Below, piece by piece: positions 27,582 through 37,795 of a stretch of 64,000 nucleotides of DNA. Numbering within the stretch: position 1 is the stretch's first letter; every line of letters starts with the position of its first letter. The stretch spans positions 7,424,001 through 7,488,000 of the forward strand of contig OY759599.1 in assembly GCA_963662465.1 (NCBI GenBank), read 5' to 3'. Source of the DNA: Desulfatiglandales bacterium (GTDB taxonomy: Bacteria > Desulfobacterota > DSM-4660 > Desulfatiglandales > Desulfatiglandaceae). The position numbers and the translations under genes are program-made. A model generated the notes under the pieces. That model was not told the DNA's origin. It saw only the letters and a list, made by a program, of their open reading frames with translations, and did not search any database.

Positions 27582-28163
27582 ATGGCGCAAGCAATCAAGA
27601 AAGCGCAACACTATTCCGTTACAGACTACCAGGAATGGCCGGACGAGGAGAGATGGGAGCTTATTGACGGCGTTGCTTACGACATGAGTCCCGCGCCGAA
27701 CATAAAACACCAGAACATTGTCGGTAATTTTCATATCGCTTTTAAAACGAACCCGGACAACCCGTGCTATACGGGCATTGCCCCCACAGATGTGGTGTTG
27801 GACGACGATAGTGTGGTTCAACCGGATGTGTTTTTGGTCTGTGATGAGAAGAAGATTACAGAGAAGAACATCCAGGGGGCACCCGATTTAATTGTCGAAG
27901 TGGTTTCTCCGGGTACGGAAGTCAAAGACAGAAGAGAAAAAAAGCGCCTTTATGAACGGTCCGGTGTGAAGGAATACCTGATTGTGTTTCCTGAAAGGGC
28001 GTATGTGGAACGGTATGTGCTGGAAGAGAGGCAGTACGATTCGCCCGAGATATTCAACTGGGATGAACCCTTGAATCTAAGCATTCTTCCTATTGAAGTG
28101 AAGCTCCATGAAATATTCGAAAAAGAAATTGAAAATGATGTGCGGGAAAAGCCCCTTCCATGA
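27582..28163 (+). CDS. Uma2 family (DUF820) PD-(D/E)XK endonuclease
   Basis: RWELIDG...MSPAP...HQ, VVQPDVFLVCD, GAPDLIVEVVSP, K..LYE..GV.EY; AAAGGAG RBS before ATG 27582. Confidence 0.92.
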   Translation: MAQAIKKAQHYSVTDYQEWPDEERWELIDGVAYDMSPAPNIKHQNIVGNFHIAFKTNPDNPCYTGIAPTDVVLDDDSVVQPDVFLVCDEKKITEKNIQGAPDLIVEVVSPGTEVKDRREKKRLYERSGVKEYLIVFPERAYVERYVLEERQYDSPEIFNWDEPLNLSILPIEVKLHEIFEKEIENDVREKPLP

Positions 28164-28189
28164 TGTGTCCCCCGTATACGCCGGTTGAT

Positions 28190-30448
28190 TCAAGAACCTT
28201 CCATTTCCTGGGCCTGGGCCACCGTAATGGCGATCACATGAACCACGTTTTCCATATCCGCATCCCGGTGCAACACGTTAAATGGCTTGCTGATCCCCAT
28301 CAATAATGGACCCACCGCCTTGGCGCCTCCCAGGCGACTGAGGAGTTTATAGGCTGCATTGGCTGTGGCCAGTTCGGGAAAGATAAGGACATTGGCCGGC
28401 CCATTCAGCCGGCTGAAAGGATAATCCCTGGCCAGGATTTCACCCACCACGGCGGTATCCGCCTGCATTTCCCCGTCAATCATCAATTCAGGCGCCCGCT
28501 CCTGTGCAATAGCCACGGCCGCTTTGACCCTTTGGGCATCGGGATGCACTGTTGTGCCGAAATCCGAAAAGGAAATCATGGCGATTCTGGGGACCACGTC
28601 AAAGAAATGGGCCATTTCAGCGGTCAGAATAGCGATTTCGGCCAGATCTTCCGAGGATGGGGTGAAATTTACTGTCGGGTCGGCGAAAAAGAGCGATTGA
28701 TTTTTGAAAATCATCAGATAGACGCCGGAGACTTTTTTAACGCCCTTGCGTCGGGGAATGACCCGAAGCACCGGGCGGATAGCGTCCGGGTAGGAGCGAC
28801 CGATGCCATGTACCTGACCGTCCACCAGTCCTTCGTGTACCATCATGGCGCCGAAGACATGCCGGTCTTTCAATTGCAGTGCCGTTTCGGCCAGGCTCCA
28901 GCCTTTTCGGCAGCGCAATTGAAAAAGGGTTTTGGTAAATTCTTTCAGGTGGGGACTTTCCATGTGGTTTTCTATCTCGATGCCATCTAAAGGGATTTGC
29001 AGTTTTCGGGCTAGGGAAATGATTTCATCCTCATTTCCGAGAAGCAGGGGCCGGCAGATACCTTCCCTGGCCGCCTGGTGGGCTGCTCGGAGGATGACCG
29101 GGTGGTTTCCTTCGGGAAGGACGATGCGTTTGGGGTTGTGTTGAGCGCGGATGATGATTTTCCCCATGATTTCCCGCTCTGGTCCCAACCTCGCCTCAAG
29201 GCGAGCGGCATAGGCTTGATGGCTGCCCAATTCGACTCGGGCTACACCGCTTTCCACGGCTGCCCGTGCTACGGCGGGGGCCACAGTGAGCAGAACCCGG
29301 GTATCCAGGGGCTTGGGTATGATGTAATTGGGCCCGAACCGGATGGGGTTGCCCCCATAGGCCCGGATGACCGAATCGGGGACATCTTCGCGGGCCAGAT
29401 TGGCCAGGGCTTTGACTGCTGCGATTTTCATGGTTTCGTTGATGGTGGTGGCCCGAACATCCAGAGCGCCCCGAAAGATAAAGGGAAATCCGAGGACGTT
29501 GTTGACCTGGTTGGGATAGTCGGAGCGTCCGGTGGCTACGATGGCATCGGGACGTGCGGCTCTGGCTTCTTCATAACCAATTTCCGGGTCCGGATTGGCC
29601 AGGGGAAAAATGATGGGGTTGTCGGCCAGGAGGCGCAATAGCTCGGGTGAAAAGGCATCCTTTACGGAGAGTCCCACCAGAACGTTTGCACCCCGAACGG
29701 CGTCTTTCAGGGTGCGTCTTCGGGTATTAAGGGCAAAATTTTCTTTGTAGGGGTTCATTCCCTCTGTACGACCTTTATAGATGACGCCCCTGGAATCCAC
29801 CAGAAGAATGTTTTCTTTCAAAACGCCCATGGAACCATACATTCGAGCGCAGGCCATGGCAGCTGCTCCCGCGCCGTTGACCACGATGCGCAATTCCGCC
29901 ATGGTTCGGCCGGTTATTTCGCAGGCATTCAGCAGTGCTGCGCTGGAAATGATGGCTGTGCCGTGTTGATCGTCGTGAAAAACTGGAACGGACATTCGTT
30001 TTATGAGTTGTTCTTCAATATAGAAGCAGTCCGGGGCTTTAATGTCCTCCAGGTTAATGCCGCCGAAGGTGGGCTCCAGACTTGCCACGGTGTTGATAAA
30101 TTCATCGGGATCCAAGGTGTTGATTTCAATGTCAAAGACATCCAGATCCGCAAATCGCTTAAACAGAACGGCCTTTCCCTCCATGACCGGTTTGCTCGCC
30201 AGCGCGCCGATGTTTCCGAGGCCGAGAACGGCGGTGCCGTTTGAAATAACCCCCACCAGATTGCCTCTGGCGGTGTAATCAAAAGAACATTCCGGGTTTT
30301 TCTGAATTTCCAGGCAGGGGATGGCAACGCCGGGGGTGTAGGCCAGGCTCAGATCCCTTTGGGAAAGGCATGGTTTGGTGGGCACAACCTCTATTTTACC
30401 GGGCCGAGGCTCTTTGTGGTACTGGAGTGATTCCTGTTTGAGGGTCAT
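28190..30448 (-). CDS. maeB: NADP-dependent malic enzyme with phosphotransacetylase-like domain
   Basis: [59 protein letters not shown] domain IDGEMQAD. Confidence 0.95.
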   Translation of the reverse strand: MTLKQESLQYHKEPRPGKIEVVPTKPCLSQRDLSLAYTPGVAIPCLEIQKNPECSFDYTARGNLVGVISNGTAVLGLGNIGALASKPVMEGKAVLFKRFADLDVFDIEINTLDPDEFINTVASLEPTFGGINLEDIKAPDCFYIEEQLIKRMSVPVFHDDQHGTAIISSAALLNACEITGRTMAELRIVVNGAGAAAMACARMYGSMGVLKENILLVDSRGVIYKGRTEGMNPYKENFALNTRRRTLKDAVRGANVLVGLSVKDAFSPELLRLLADNPIIFPLANPDPEIGYEEARAARPDAIVATGRSDYPNQVNNVLGFPFIFRGALDVRATTINETMKIAAVKALANLAREDVPDSVIRAYGGNPIRFGPNYIIPKPLDTRVLLTVAPAVARAAVESGVARVELGSHQAYAARLEARLGPEREIMGKIIIRAQHNPKRIVLPEGNHPVILRAAHQAAREGICRPLLLGNEDEIISLARKLQIPLDGIEIENHMESPHLKEFTKTLFQLRCRKGWSLAETALQLKDRHVFGAMMVHEGLVDGQVHGIGRSYPDAIRPVLRVIPRRKGVKKVSGVYLMIFKNQSLFFADPTVNFTPSSEDLAEIAILTAEMAHFFDVVPRIAMISFSDFGTTVHPDAQRVKAAVAIAQERAPELMIDGEMQADTAVVGEILARDYPFSRLNGPANVLIFPELATANAAYKLLSRLGGAKAVGPLLMGISKPFNVLHRDADMENVVHVIAITVAQAQEMEGS

Positions 30449-30516
30449 GGTGAAACCTTTCTGGATTTTTACCAAAGGGCATGGACAGACTGGAGTTTTT
30501 ATTTTCTTGAGTAAGC

Positions 30517-30545
30517 ATCATAGGTAGCGTATAGGCTTACGTCAA
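30517..30545 (-). promoter_or_regulatory. Sigma70-type promoter of maeB
   Basis: Minus strand TTGACG-N17-TATGAT. Confidence 0.6.
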
Positions 30546-30596
30546 CGAAAAATTGTTCAGGGGGGGGCATGTGCAATGGTTGATGATTCAAAGTAG

Positions 30597-30625
30597 TTGA
30601 CGCACTTATATTTCAATACTATCCT
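30597..30625 (+). promoter_or_regulatory. Sigma70-type promoter of the hybrid kinase
   Basis: TTGACG-N17-TATCCT, about 30 bp before ATG 30655. Confidence 0.5.
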
Positions 30626-30654
30626 TTGTCATTCATAACAGATGAGGGAATATC

Positions 30655-32622
30655 ATGAGTGAAAAACCGACCTGCGAAGAGTTGGCGAAACGGGTCAGGG
30701 ATCTTGAAAAGGCCCTGGCGGAAAGTGAGAACAGGTTTCGGATTTTATTGCGAAATTCCAGCGATATTCAGGTTATCCTCGATGAGAATGGCGTTGAGCG
30801 ATTTGTCAGTAATTCCGTCGAAGCCATTACGGGATATCCTCCGGAGCGTTTTATTGGAAAAAGCGGTTTTGAATTTATCCATCCGGAAGATACCGGACTT
30901 CTGCTTGAAAGTTTTGCCAGGGTTAAAAAGTGTAAATCCGGTTTTGTGCGTGTTGAATACCGGCACCGGAAAAAAGACGGCTCATGGCTCAACCTCGAGG
31001 CGGTTGGAACGAATTTTCTGGATGACCCTTCCATAAAGGGAATTGTCTTGAATGTTCGGGATATTACCCAACGCAAGCGTGTTGAAAAAGCGCTACAAAA
31101 CAGCGAAGAACTGTACCGTTCCATCATTGAAAATATCCAGGAAGGATATTATGAAGTGGATCTTGCCGGGAATTTAACCTTTTATAATGAGTCCCTGCGC
31201 AACATTATCGGATATGAGAAAAATGAGATGGTGGGACTGAATTATCGGAAATTTACCAATGGAGACGATGTCGAAAGGCTGTATCGGATTTTTAATAAGG
31301 TATATCGGGAGGGGGTTCCGGCAAGAGGCTTTGATTGGCCGATGATCAGAAAAGACGGCGCCAAAGGAATTCTGGAAACCTCCGTTTCCCTGATCAGGGA
31401 TGCGGAGGCACACCGGATCGGCTTTCGTGGTATTGCACGGGACGTCACCGAAGAAAAACGGATTACGGACCAACTTCAGCGTGCGGAAAAGATGGAAACG
31501 GTGGGGGCTCTGGCAGGGGGTGTGGCCCACGATCTCAACAATATCCTTTCGGGCATTGTCAGTTATCCGGAACTCTTGCTGTTGCAGCTTCCCGAAGACA
31601 GCCCACTTCGAAAACCCATTGCCACCATACAGAAATCCGGGCAAAGGGCCGTGGCGGTGGTCCAGGACATGCTGACCCTGGCCAGAAGAGCGGTGATGGT
31701 GACCGAATCCATGGATCTGAACCGAATTGTGTCTCAATACCTGGGCAGTCCGGAATATGAAAAAATCAGGGAATATCATCCCGACGTTCAGATGGAAGTC
31801 CGGCTGAAGGAAGGCATGGGGCTTAACATCATGGGCTCCCCCACGCATTTGTCGAAAACGGTCATGAATCTGATCTCTAATGCGGCCGAGGCCATGCCCC
31901 AAGGGGGACGGATTGCCGTTTCCACCGAACACAGGTATATTGACCGCCCTGTTGCAGGCTATGATCATATCAAGGAAGGCGATTATGTGACCTTGAGTGT
32001 GTCTGATACCGGAACGGGCATTGCCCAAGACGACATGGAGAAGATTTTTGAACCGTTTTATACCAAGAAGAAAATGGGCAGAAGCGGTACAGGGCTGGGC
32101 ATGGCTGTCGTGTGGGGAACGGTGAAAGACCATAAGGGTTTTATTGACGTTCAAAGCGCAGAGGGAAAAGGCACGACATTTAAGCTATATTTTCCGGCTA
32201 CCCGGGAAGCATTGGCCCTTGACACGGCCGAAGTACGGATTGAGGATTATAGGGGAAGCGGCGAATTGGTTCTGGTTGTAGATGACGTAAAGCAGCAAAG
32301 GGAGGTTGCATCCGGAATGCTGGAACAATTGGGTTACAAGGTCGTTTCGGTTTCAAGCGGCGAAGAAGCGGTGGCCTATCTTAAAGACCATAAAGTGGAT
32401 TTGCTGCTTCTGGACATGATCATGGACCCGGGTATGGATGGGCTGGATGCTTACCGGAAAATCATTGAAATGCATCCCGGCCAGAAAGCGGTGATTGGCA
32501 GCGGGTTCTCTGAAACGGATCGGGTCAGAGACGCCCAAAAGCTGGGGGCGGGGGCCTACATTAAAAAACCATTTTTGATCCAGAAGCTGGGAATGGCCAT
32601 CAAGGAGGCGTTAAACGCCTGA
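30655..32622 (+). CDS. PAS-PAS hybrid sensor histidine kinase/response regulator
   Basis: Two PAS domains, LAGGVAHDLNN H-box, NLISNA, DTGTG, FEPFYTKK, GTGLG, C-terminal receiver domain. Confidence 0.94.
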   Translation: MSEKPTCEELAKRVRDLEKALAESENRFRILLRNSSDIQVILDENGVERFVSNSVEAITGYPPERFIGKSGFEFIHPEDTGLLLESFARVKKCKSGFVRVEYRHRKKDGSWLNLEAVGTNFLDDPSIKGIVLNVRDITQRKRVEKALQNSEELYRSIIENIQEGYYEVDLAGNLTFYNESLRNIIGYEKNEMVGLNYRKFTNGDDVERLYRIFNKVYREGVPARGFDWPMIRKDGAKGILETSVSLIRDAEAHRIGFRGIARDVTEEKRITDQLQRAEKMETVGALAGGVAHDLNNILSGIVSYPELLLLQLPEDSPLRKPIATIQKSGQRAVAVVQDMLTLARRAVMVTESMDLNRIVSQYLGSPEYEKIREYHPDVQMEVRLKEGMGLNIMGSPTHLSKTVMNLISNAAEAMPQGGRIAVSTEHRYIDRPVAGYDHIKEGDYVTLSVSDTGTGIAQDDMEKIFEPFYTKKKMGRSGTGLGMAVVWGTVKDHKGFIDVQSAEGKGTTFKLYFPATREALALDTAEVRIEDYRGSGELVLVVDDVKQQREVASGMLEQLGYKVVSVSSGEEAVAYLKDHKVDLLLLDMIMDPGMDGLDAYRKIIEMHPGQKAVIGSGFSETDRVRDAQKLGAGAYIKKPFLIQKLGMAIKEALNA

Positions 32623-32903
32623 GTGCTACTTGCCTTTAATGTGTGTTGCCCGCATGAGTTTGTCCGTTTTCTGTATTTTGCCCAAATCCTCCACCATGGC
32701 CGTCTTGGTTAAGCTGTTGTAGGCCCTTATCCCGTCGTCCCCATCCCATAATTTTGTGCTGGATCAGCATCTATCATTAGAATTGCAGCTTTTTCTTTGC
32801 CTGAAAATAGCCTTTGAGGTATTGTGGCTCTGTTCGCATAAAGTTTTATGGGTGGGGAATTCCGTCAACGTCATTCTGTGATTTCATGAACAGCTGAAAA
32901 GAC

Positions 32904-33737
32904 ATGCAACAACGTTTTCGCCAATCAATAAGTCTATTGGGGTTACTGGCTTTTCTTTTGTGCCAGGTGTTTATGGTGCATCTGGTAAAGCAAGTTCGTG
33001 CCGATGAAGATGTCGATTCGGCCCCGCATTCGCCTTCATGTTCAAGACCATTTCTTAAACTCACGCCGAAACAATTGTCCACCAGTCTGTGGGCCCGGGA
33101 AATTGTGGCGGAAAAGGTTGGCGGCAAGGTCCTTCGTCAGAATACGGATGACCTGGATACCCTTTATTGGGAAGCCGCCGTGGCCGATCGGAAGCTCAAG
33201 CAGATCACCCGGGGTGTGGCGGCTTCCACGGGGGGGACGGCTGTTTTCCCCCCCGGTGGAGGGCTCAAGGCAAGAAAAAGAGCTGAGGAAAAAATTGAAG
33301 TGGAGTTGAATGGGGATGCAGCGGCGTTGATGGACATTGCGCGAAGTTCCATTGAATATGCTGATATCGATCAGGTTTACCAGGCGCTTGAATTCATAAT
33401 CGGGCAGGGGTATGAGGTGGTTCGCGTGAAGGACCGGGCCCTGAAACCTTTGCCGAGCGGGTTTTGGGATATTCATTTGAATTTGCGTATGCCCAATGGG
33501 CATATTGCCGAACTGCAGTTGCACTTTAAGGAGATTCGTCAATACAGTATCGGCGAAGGACATGAACTTTATGTGCGGATTCGGGGGATGAAAGCCAGGG
33601 CCTTTTACGAGGGCAGGTCCCTTACCCGGGAGGAACGGGAAATCGTTGATCGCCTTAACTGCGAGCAGAAACGGTTCTATGAGGCGGCTTTTGAAAGGGG
33701 GCAGAAGGGCCGGGAATCAGGACGACAGGAGAAGTGA
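32904..33737 (+). CDS. RelA/SpoT-type nucleotidyltransferase domain protein with an N-terminal signal peptide
   Basis: GLK..KRA.EKI, DIARSSI, VVRVKDR, SGFWDIHLNL, HIAELQLH; hydrophobic N-terminus ending in VRA. Confidence 0.75.
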   Translation: MQQRFRQSISLLGLLAFLLCQVFMVHLVKQVRADEDVDSAPHSPSCSRPFLKLTPKQLSTSLWAREIVAEKVGGKVLRQNTDDLDTLYWEAAVADRKLKQITRGVAASTGGTAVFPPGGGLKARKRAEEKIEVELNGDAAALMDIARSSIEYADIDQVYQALEFIIGQGYEVVRVKDRALKPLPSGFWDIHLNLRMPNGHIAELQLHFKEIRQYSIGEGHELYVRIRGMKARAFYEGRSLTREEREIVDRLNCEQKRFYEAAFERGQKGRESGRQEK

Positions 33738-33764
33738 ACCGGTTTTCATTTGAGGGGAACTAAC

Positions 33765-33809
33765 GGCTTTTCCGCCGCTTCCCCTTTCAGGAAGGCGGCG
33801 GAAAGAGCC
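33765..33809. terminator. GC-rich hairpin, probable bidirectional terminator
   Basis: GGCTTTTCCGCCGCTTCC...GGAAGGCGGCGGAAAGAGCC between convergent genes. Confidence 0.7.
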
Positions 33810-33847
33810 CATCTTCGGATTTTCCCGGGTTTGTTCCGTTCAGGATT

Positions 33848-34357
33848 TTAATTGGCGTTTCTTAGGCAACCTGCACCCTGTCCATTCCCCTGCCCGCGGT
33901 ATTTTCCCTGTCCTTGTCCATATCCGGCGCCCTTTTTATGGCGGCCGACTTTTCCAAAACCCATGGCCAGGAGTTTTGAGGTTTGTTCAGGGGTCAAGAG
34001 ACTCCGAAAGGTAATGCGCATATCGGTCTGGATTTCCCGAATCTGGGCTCTCAGAGCCTGAATTTCTTTCTGGGTGGCTTTGATTTTATCGGCGTCAAGA
34101 CTGGGCTGCGTCCACAACACTTTCATTTCAGCCCGCTTTGTAACCAGCTGGGCTTTGAACGGCGTAATTTTTTGACTCGTCGATTCATGAAGCGCTTGGA
34201 TTTTTGTTGTCTGTTCAGGCGTCAGTTCCAGGGCCGCCATCACGGCGGGATTCATGTGTCCTTGTCCATCAAGGCTCCGCTGTCCCTGGCCTGCCATGGC
34301 CCATGTGGCAGTGGCGGTAACGAGTAGAAATGCTGCAATAATGCTGAGTTTTTTCAT
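33848..34357 (-). CDS. Spy/CpxP/ZraP-family periplasmic protein
   Basis: Signal peptide, two LTPEQ motifs, Gly-rich tail; divergent from a ZraSR-like pair. Confidence 0.85.
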   Translation of the reverse strand: MKKLSIIAAFLLVTATATWAMAGQGQRSLDGQGHMNPAVMAALELTPEQTTKIQALHESTSQKITPFKAQLVTKRAEMKVLWTQPSLDADKIKATQKEIQALRAQIREIQTDMRITFRSLLTPEQTSKLLAMGFGKVGRHKKGAGYGQGQGKYRGQGNGQGAGCLRNAN

Positions 34358-34438
34358 CTGATGATCTCCTTTTCTTGAGTTGAAATTTTGGGAAACCGTT
34401 CCAACCTTCGGGTTTCCCTTCTCTTGTAGATGCTTTTA

Positions 34439-34455
34439 AGCACAAAACATGCCAA
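34439..34455 (-). promoter_or_regulatory. Sigma54 (-24/-12) promoter of the ZraP-like gene
   Basis: Minus strand TTGGCATGTTTTGTGCT, i.e. GG-N10-GC. Confidence 0.75.
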
Positions 34456-34536
34456 TACTCCGTTTCTTCGCTTTACATAAGGATATTCCTTCCCATGGCC
34501 GAAGATAACACGCCGAGAAAACCTTCTCAGCCGGAT

Positions 34537-34594
34537 GATGCGGCAAAAAATGTCGAAAATGCGAAGATCGATGCGACGAAACTGTCGAAAAGCG
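34537..34594. promoter_or_regulatory. Tandem imperfect repeats, probable enhancer sites for the sigma54 activator
   Basis: GATGCGGCAAAAAATGTCGAAAA and GATGCGACGAAACTGTCGAAAA, each with a CG(A/G)C...GTCG dyad, about 80-140 bp upstream of the -24 box. Confidence 0.55.
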
Positions 34595-34655
34595 TCTTTT
34601 TTGCCGGAGATAGGCTGATGATTGACTTTTTCAGTTTTGCGGCTATTCTTGGACT

Positions 34656-36386
34656 ATGAAAAAGGGAAAAAATCCGATTGGCGAAAAACCCAAACGTTCT
34701 GGAGGTCCATTTCTTCAACCCCTGGCGGTTGGCGTTGTGTGCCTTGTTTTCGTGGGACTCGTATTGACAATGGGCGTCATGGATTTCAGGACGCTCGACA
34801 GGGCGCTTATGGGGTATATGGAAAAAGAGGGGATTGCTTTCATCAAAACTGTTCAGCAGGCGGTGAGGTTCAATTTGCAACCGCATCCATCCGTTGCAAA
34901 TTTTGAGGGAACGTCTCCCATTGGATCTGGAGATCAAGCCTCTTCAAGTCAGGAATCTGTAGTGATGGCCCTTCTACAACTGGCACAGCGGATTGATCAT
35001 GAAAAAGAGATGGGGGAGCTGGATGATGAAAAAATGAGTTCCCTGGCAACCCGGGAAGGCTTATCGAATGTGGCTTTATTGGATCATAGAGGTCGCGTGA
35101 CGTTTCAGAAAAGAGCTGTTTCCAGGGCGATTCTAAACTCCGTTTCGGCCATGGCAGGGGATCATGAAGATCTGAAAATCCATGTGTTTTCCCCCCTTGA
35201 TAAGCACCAACCCATGCGCTTTCTAGCCCTTCGTCGAAAGGGTGAACATGGATTTCTGGTTCTGGTGCTCGATGCTGAGTCGTTTTTTTTCTGGAAGTTG
35301 CGCACCGCCGTGGAAACGGCTGTAGAGGCTGTCGGGCTGCCGGCCGGAACGGATTGTTTTTTCATTGGGGACGGGGCAGGGCGGACCCTTTTTGAAGAAG
35401 GAACATGTCCGGGGGAGGCGAGTGGGAAGAATGGTGTTTCCCATATCCTTGAAAAGGGAGAGGGGGTTTCCGGGGAAAGGGTTCTCTGGAACGGTCGAAA
35501 GCAATTTCTGATGATTGCGAAGCTCTCCTTCGGCGAAGAGGTTTCAGGTATTGCGCGCCTGGGCCTCAAAACGGATGCGCTCGACCAAATGATTGGAAAA
35601 GAACGGCGATGGGGCGTTGTTGCCATGGGTTTCATGGTTTTTATGGCCGTGCTTTCCATGTGGTTTTTGTACCGAAACCAGAATCGTCACCTGGCCAGGA
35701 TGCAGCAGATGGAACGGCGGCTTCACCAGGCCGAGCGCTTGTCCGCCATGGGTCGTCTGGCCGCGGGCGTGGCCCATGAGATCCGTAATCCATTAAACGC
35801 CATCAGCATGGCCTGCCAGCGGCTCAAAAAGGACAATCTGGAACAGCTTGCCACAGTGATTCGCGGCGAGATTTTGCGACTCAACGGGATCATTGAGGAA
35901 TTCCTTGGATTTTCAAAAGGGCGTCAGTTGAAATTGGAAAATGGGGATCTGGTGGATTTGGTTCGACAGGTGGTGTTGCTTATGGCGGAGGAATCCAGGT
36001 CAAGGGGCGTTATTATTGGGAGAACCGGGATTGAATCTTCCTTGATGATGTTCATGGACGGAAACAAGATCAAGCAGGCCCTTATCAACATTGTGAAAAA
36101 TGCCATGGAATCCATCCGGGAATCCGGAACCGTGACCATCGGGATCGGCACAAAAGAAAATAAGATGGTCATCATTACCGTATCCGATACGGGCACGGGC
36201 CTTGCCGAAGGTGATGCGGACAGGATTTTCAATCCTGATTTTACGACCAAGGAACAGGGGTTGGGGTTGGGGCTCGCCCTGGCCCATGAAATTATTCAGG
36301 CCCATGGCGGAGAAATCAGGGTTCGGAGCGCGTCAGGCGTGGGAACCGTCTTTGACATTTTACTGCCTATAAAGGGGGCAGTCTAA
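34656..36386 (+). CDS. ZraS/NtrB-type membrane sensor histidine kinase
   Basis: Two TM helices flanking a periplasmic domain; LAAGVAHEIRNPL, NIVKNA, DTGTG, FTTK, GLGLGL. Confidence 0.92.
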   Translation: MKKGKNPIGEKPKRSGGPFLQPLAVGVVCLVFVGLVLTMGVMDFRTLDRALMGYMEKEGIAFIKTVQQAVRFNLQPHPSVANFEGTSPIGSGDQASSSQESVVMALLQLAQRIDHEKEMGELDDEKMSSLATREGLSNVALLDHRGRVTFQKRAVSRAILNSVSAMAGDHEDLKIHVFSPLDKHQPMRFLALRRKGEHGFLVLVLDAESFFFWKLRTAVETAVEAVGLPAGTDCFFIGDGAGRTLFEEGTCPGEASGKNGVSHILEKGEGVSGERVLWNGRKQFLMIAKLSFGEEVSGIARLGLKTDALDQMIGKERRWGVVAMGFMVFMAVLSMWFLYRNQNRHLARMQQMERRLHQAERLSAMGRLAAGVAHEIRNPLNAISMACQRLKKDNLEQLATVIRGEILRLNGIIEEFLGFSKGRQLKLENGDLVDLVRQVVLLMAEESRSRGVIIGRTGIESSLMMFMDGNKIKQALINIVKNAMESIRESGTVTIGIGTKENKMVIITVSDTGTGLAEGDADRIFNPDFTTKEQGLGLGLALAHEIIQAHGGEIRVRSASGVGTVFDILLPIKGAV

Positions 36387-36423
36387 AATCAAACGGGGGG
36401 CTTTGGGAGAGTAGTGGTAAACG

Positions 36424-37785
36424 ATGAATAAAATTAATATTCTGGTGGCGGAAGATGGGCAGAGCCAGCGAGTGCTGTTAAGGGATTTCCTGAAGGATGA
36501 AGGATATTCGGTCTCGGAAGCTGAAAATGGAGAAAGTGCGCTCCGGCAGCTTCGGGAAAACTGTTTTGATCTGCTGTTGACCGACTACAAAATGCCGGGA
36601 ATGGACGGAATGGCCTTACTCCAGGCGGCAAAACAGGTGAATCCGGAAATTGATGTGGTGGTAATGACGGCTTTCGGCACCATTGAAACCGCCGTAGACG
36701 CTATGAAGGCCGGCGCATCCGATTATATTGCCAAACCCATCGACCTGGACGAGTTGCAGTTGCTCATTGAGCGGATTTCCGGACGCCGAACCATTATCCG
36801 GGAAAATAAACTGCTTCGGAAAGAGCTGCGGAGGAAAGAGGTTACGCCGGATCAGATCATTTTTCGAAGCGGCGTTATGGCGGATGTCATCAACCTGGCC
36901 GGTCGGGTGGCGCAAAGCCGTGCTACAGTGCTGATACAGGGTGAAAGCGGCACCGGAAAGGAATTGATGGCCAGGTTGATTCATGACTTGAGCCCTCGTT
37001 CTGAAAAACCCATGACCATTGTTAATTGTGCGGCCTTGCCGGAAAATCTCCTGGAAAGTGAACTGTTCGGGCACGAAAAAGGCGCCTTCACGGGGGCTTC
37101 CGGCATCCGTATCGGCCGATTTGAAGAGGCGGATGGCGGAACCCTTTTTCTGGATGAAATCGGCGAGTTGACCAACACGGTTCAGGTGAAGCTGCTGCGG
37201 TTTCTTCAGGAAAGAGCCTTCCAGCGGATTGGCGGGAACCGTACCTTCCAAACGGATGTTCGCGTTATCAGCGCCACCAATCGGGACTTGGAAGAACGGA
37301 TGAAAGAAGGGTTTTTCCGGGAGGATCTGTTTTATCGATTGAATGTGGTGGGGATTACCATTCCGCCGCTCCGAGACCGAAAAGAAGATCTCTCGCCGCT
37401 GATCGATCATTTTCTGAAACATTTTTCATCTGAAAACAATCGAAAAATATCAGGCGTTGCCTCCAAAGCCCGGGATCTGCTCATGAAGTATGACTATCCG
37501 GGCAATGTGAGGGAGCTGGAAAACATCCTGGAGCGGGCTGTGGTTATTGCCCGGGGGAGTCATATTGAAACTGCGGACCTTCCTTTTTCAGCGGGAGATG
37601 CACATGGGGCGGAAAAACAGGACTGGAACCGGGGAACCCTGAAGGAAGCCATGGCGTTTCTGGAAAAGGACATGGTCCGAAATGCCATGGTGGAAACCGA
37701 AGACCACCAGACCAAGGCCGCTCGCATCTTGGGCATTAGCGAACGGATGCTGCGGTATAAGCTGAAGAAGTATGGTTTTAAATAG
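36424..37785 (+). CDS. Sigma54-dependent response regulator (ZraR/AtoC/NtrC family)
   Basis: Receiver domain, [40 protein letters not shown], Fis-type HTH. Confidence 0.95.
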   Translation: MNKINILVAEDGQSQRVLLRDFLKDEGYSVSEAENGESALRQLRENCFDLLLTDYKMPGMDGMALLQAAKQVNPEIDVVVMTAFGTIETAVDAMKAGASDYIAKPIDLDELQLLIERISGRRTIIRENKLLRKELRRKEVTPDQIIFRSGVMADVINLAGRVAQSRATVLIQGESGTGKELMARLIHDLSPRSEKPMTIVNCAALPENLLESELFGHEKGAFTGASGIRIGRFEEADGGTLFLDEIGELTNTVQVKLLRFLQERAFQRIGGNRTFQTDVRVISATNRDLEERMKEGFFREDLFYRLNVVGITIPPLRDRKEDLSPLIDHFLKHFSSENNRKISGVASKARDLLMKYDYPGNVRELENILERAVVIARGSHIETADLPFSAGDAHGAEKQDWNRGTLKEAMAFLEKDMVRNAMVETEDHQTKAARILGISERMLRYKLKKYGFK

Positions 37786-37795
37786 TAAGGGGGCT

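Noticed and set aside
27453..27821. N-terminal extension of the 891-aa MscS ORF
   Set aside because: It is antisense to the Uma2 gene; AAGGAG + TTG at 27452 followed by a signal-like segment is the better start.
30560..30567. G8 tract between the divergent maeB and kinase promoters
   Set aside because: Lies outside both -35/-10 spacers; no support for phase variation.
31174..32154. 326-aa minus-strand ORF
   Set aside because: Antisense shadow of the hybrid kinase.
36616..37422. 268-aa minus-strand ORF
   Set aside because: Antisense shadow typical of sigma54 activator genes.
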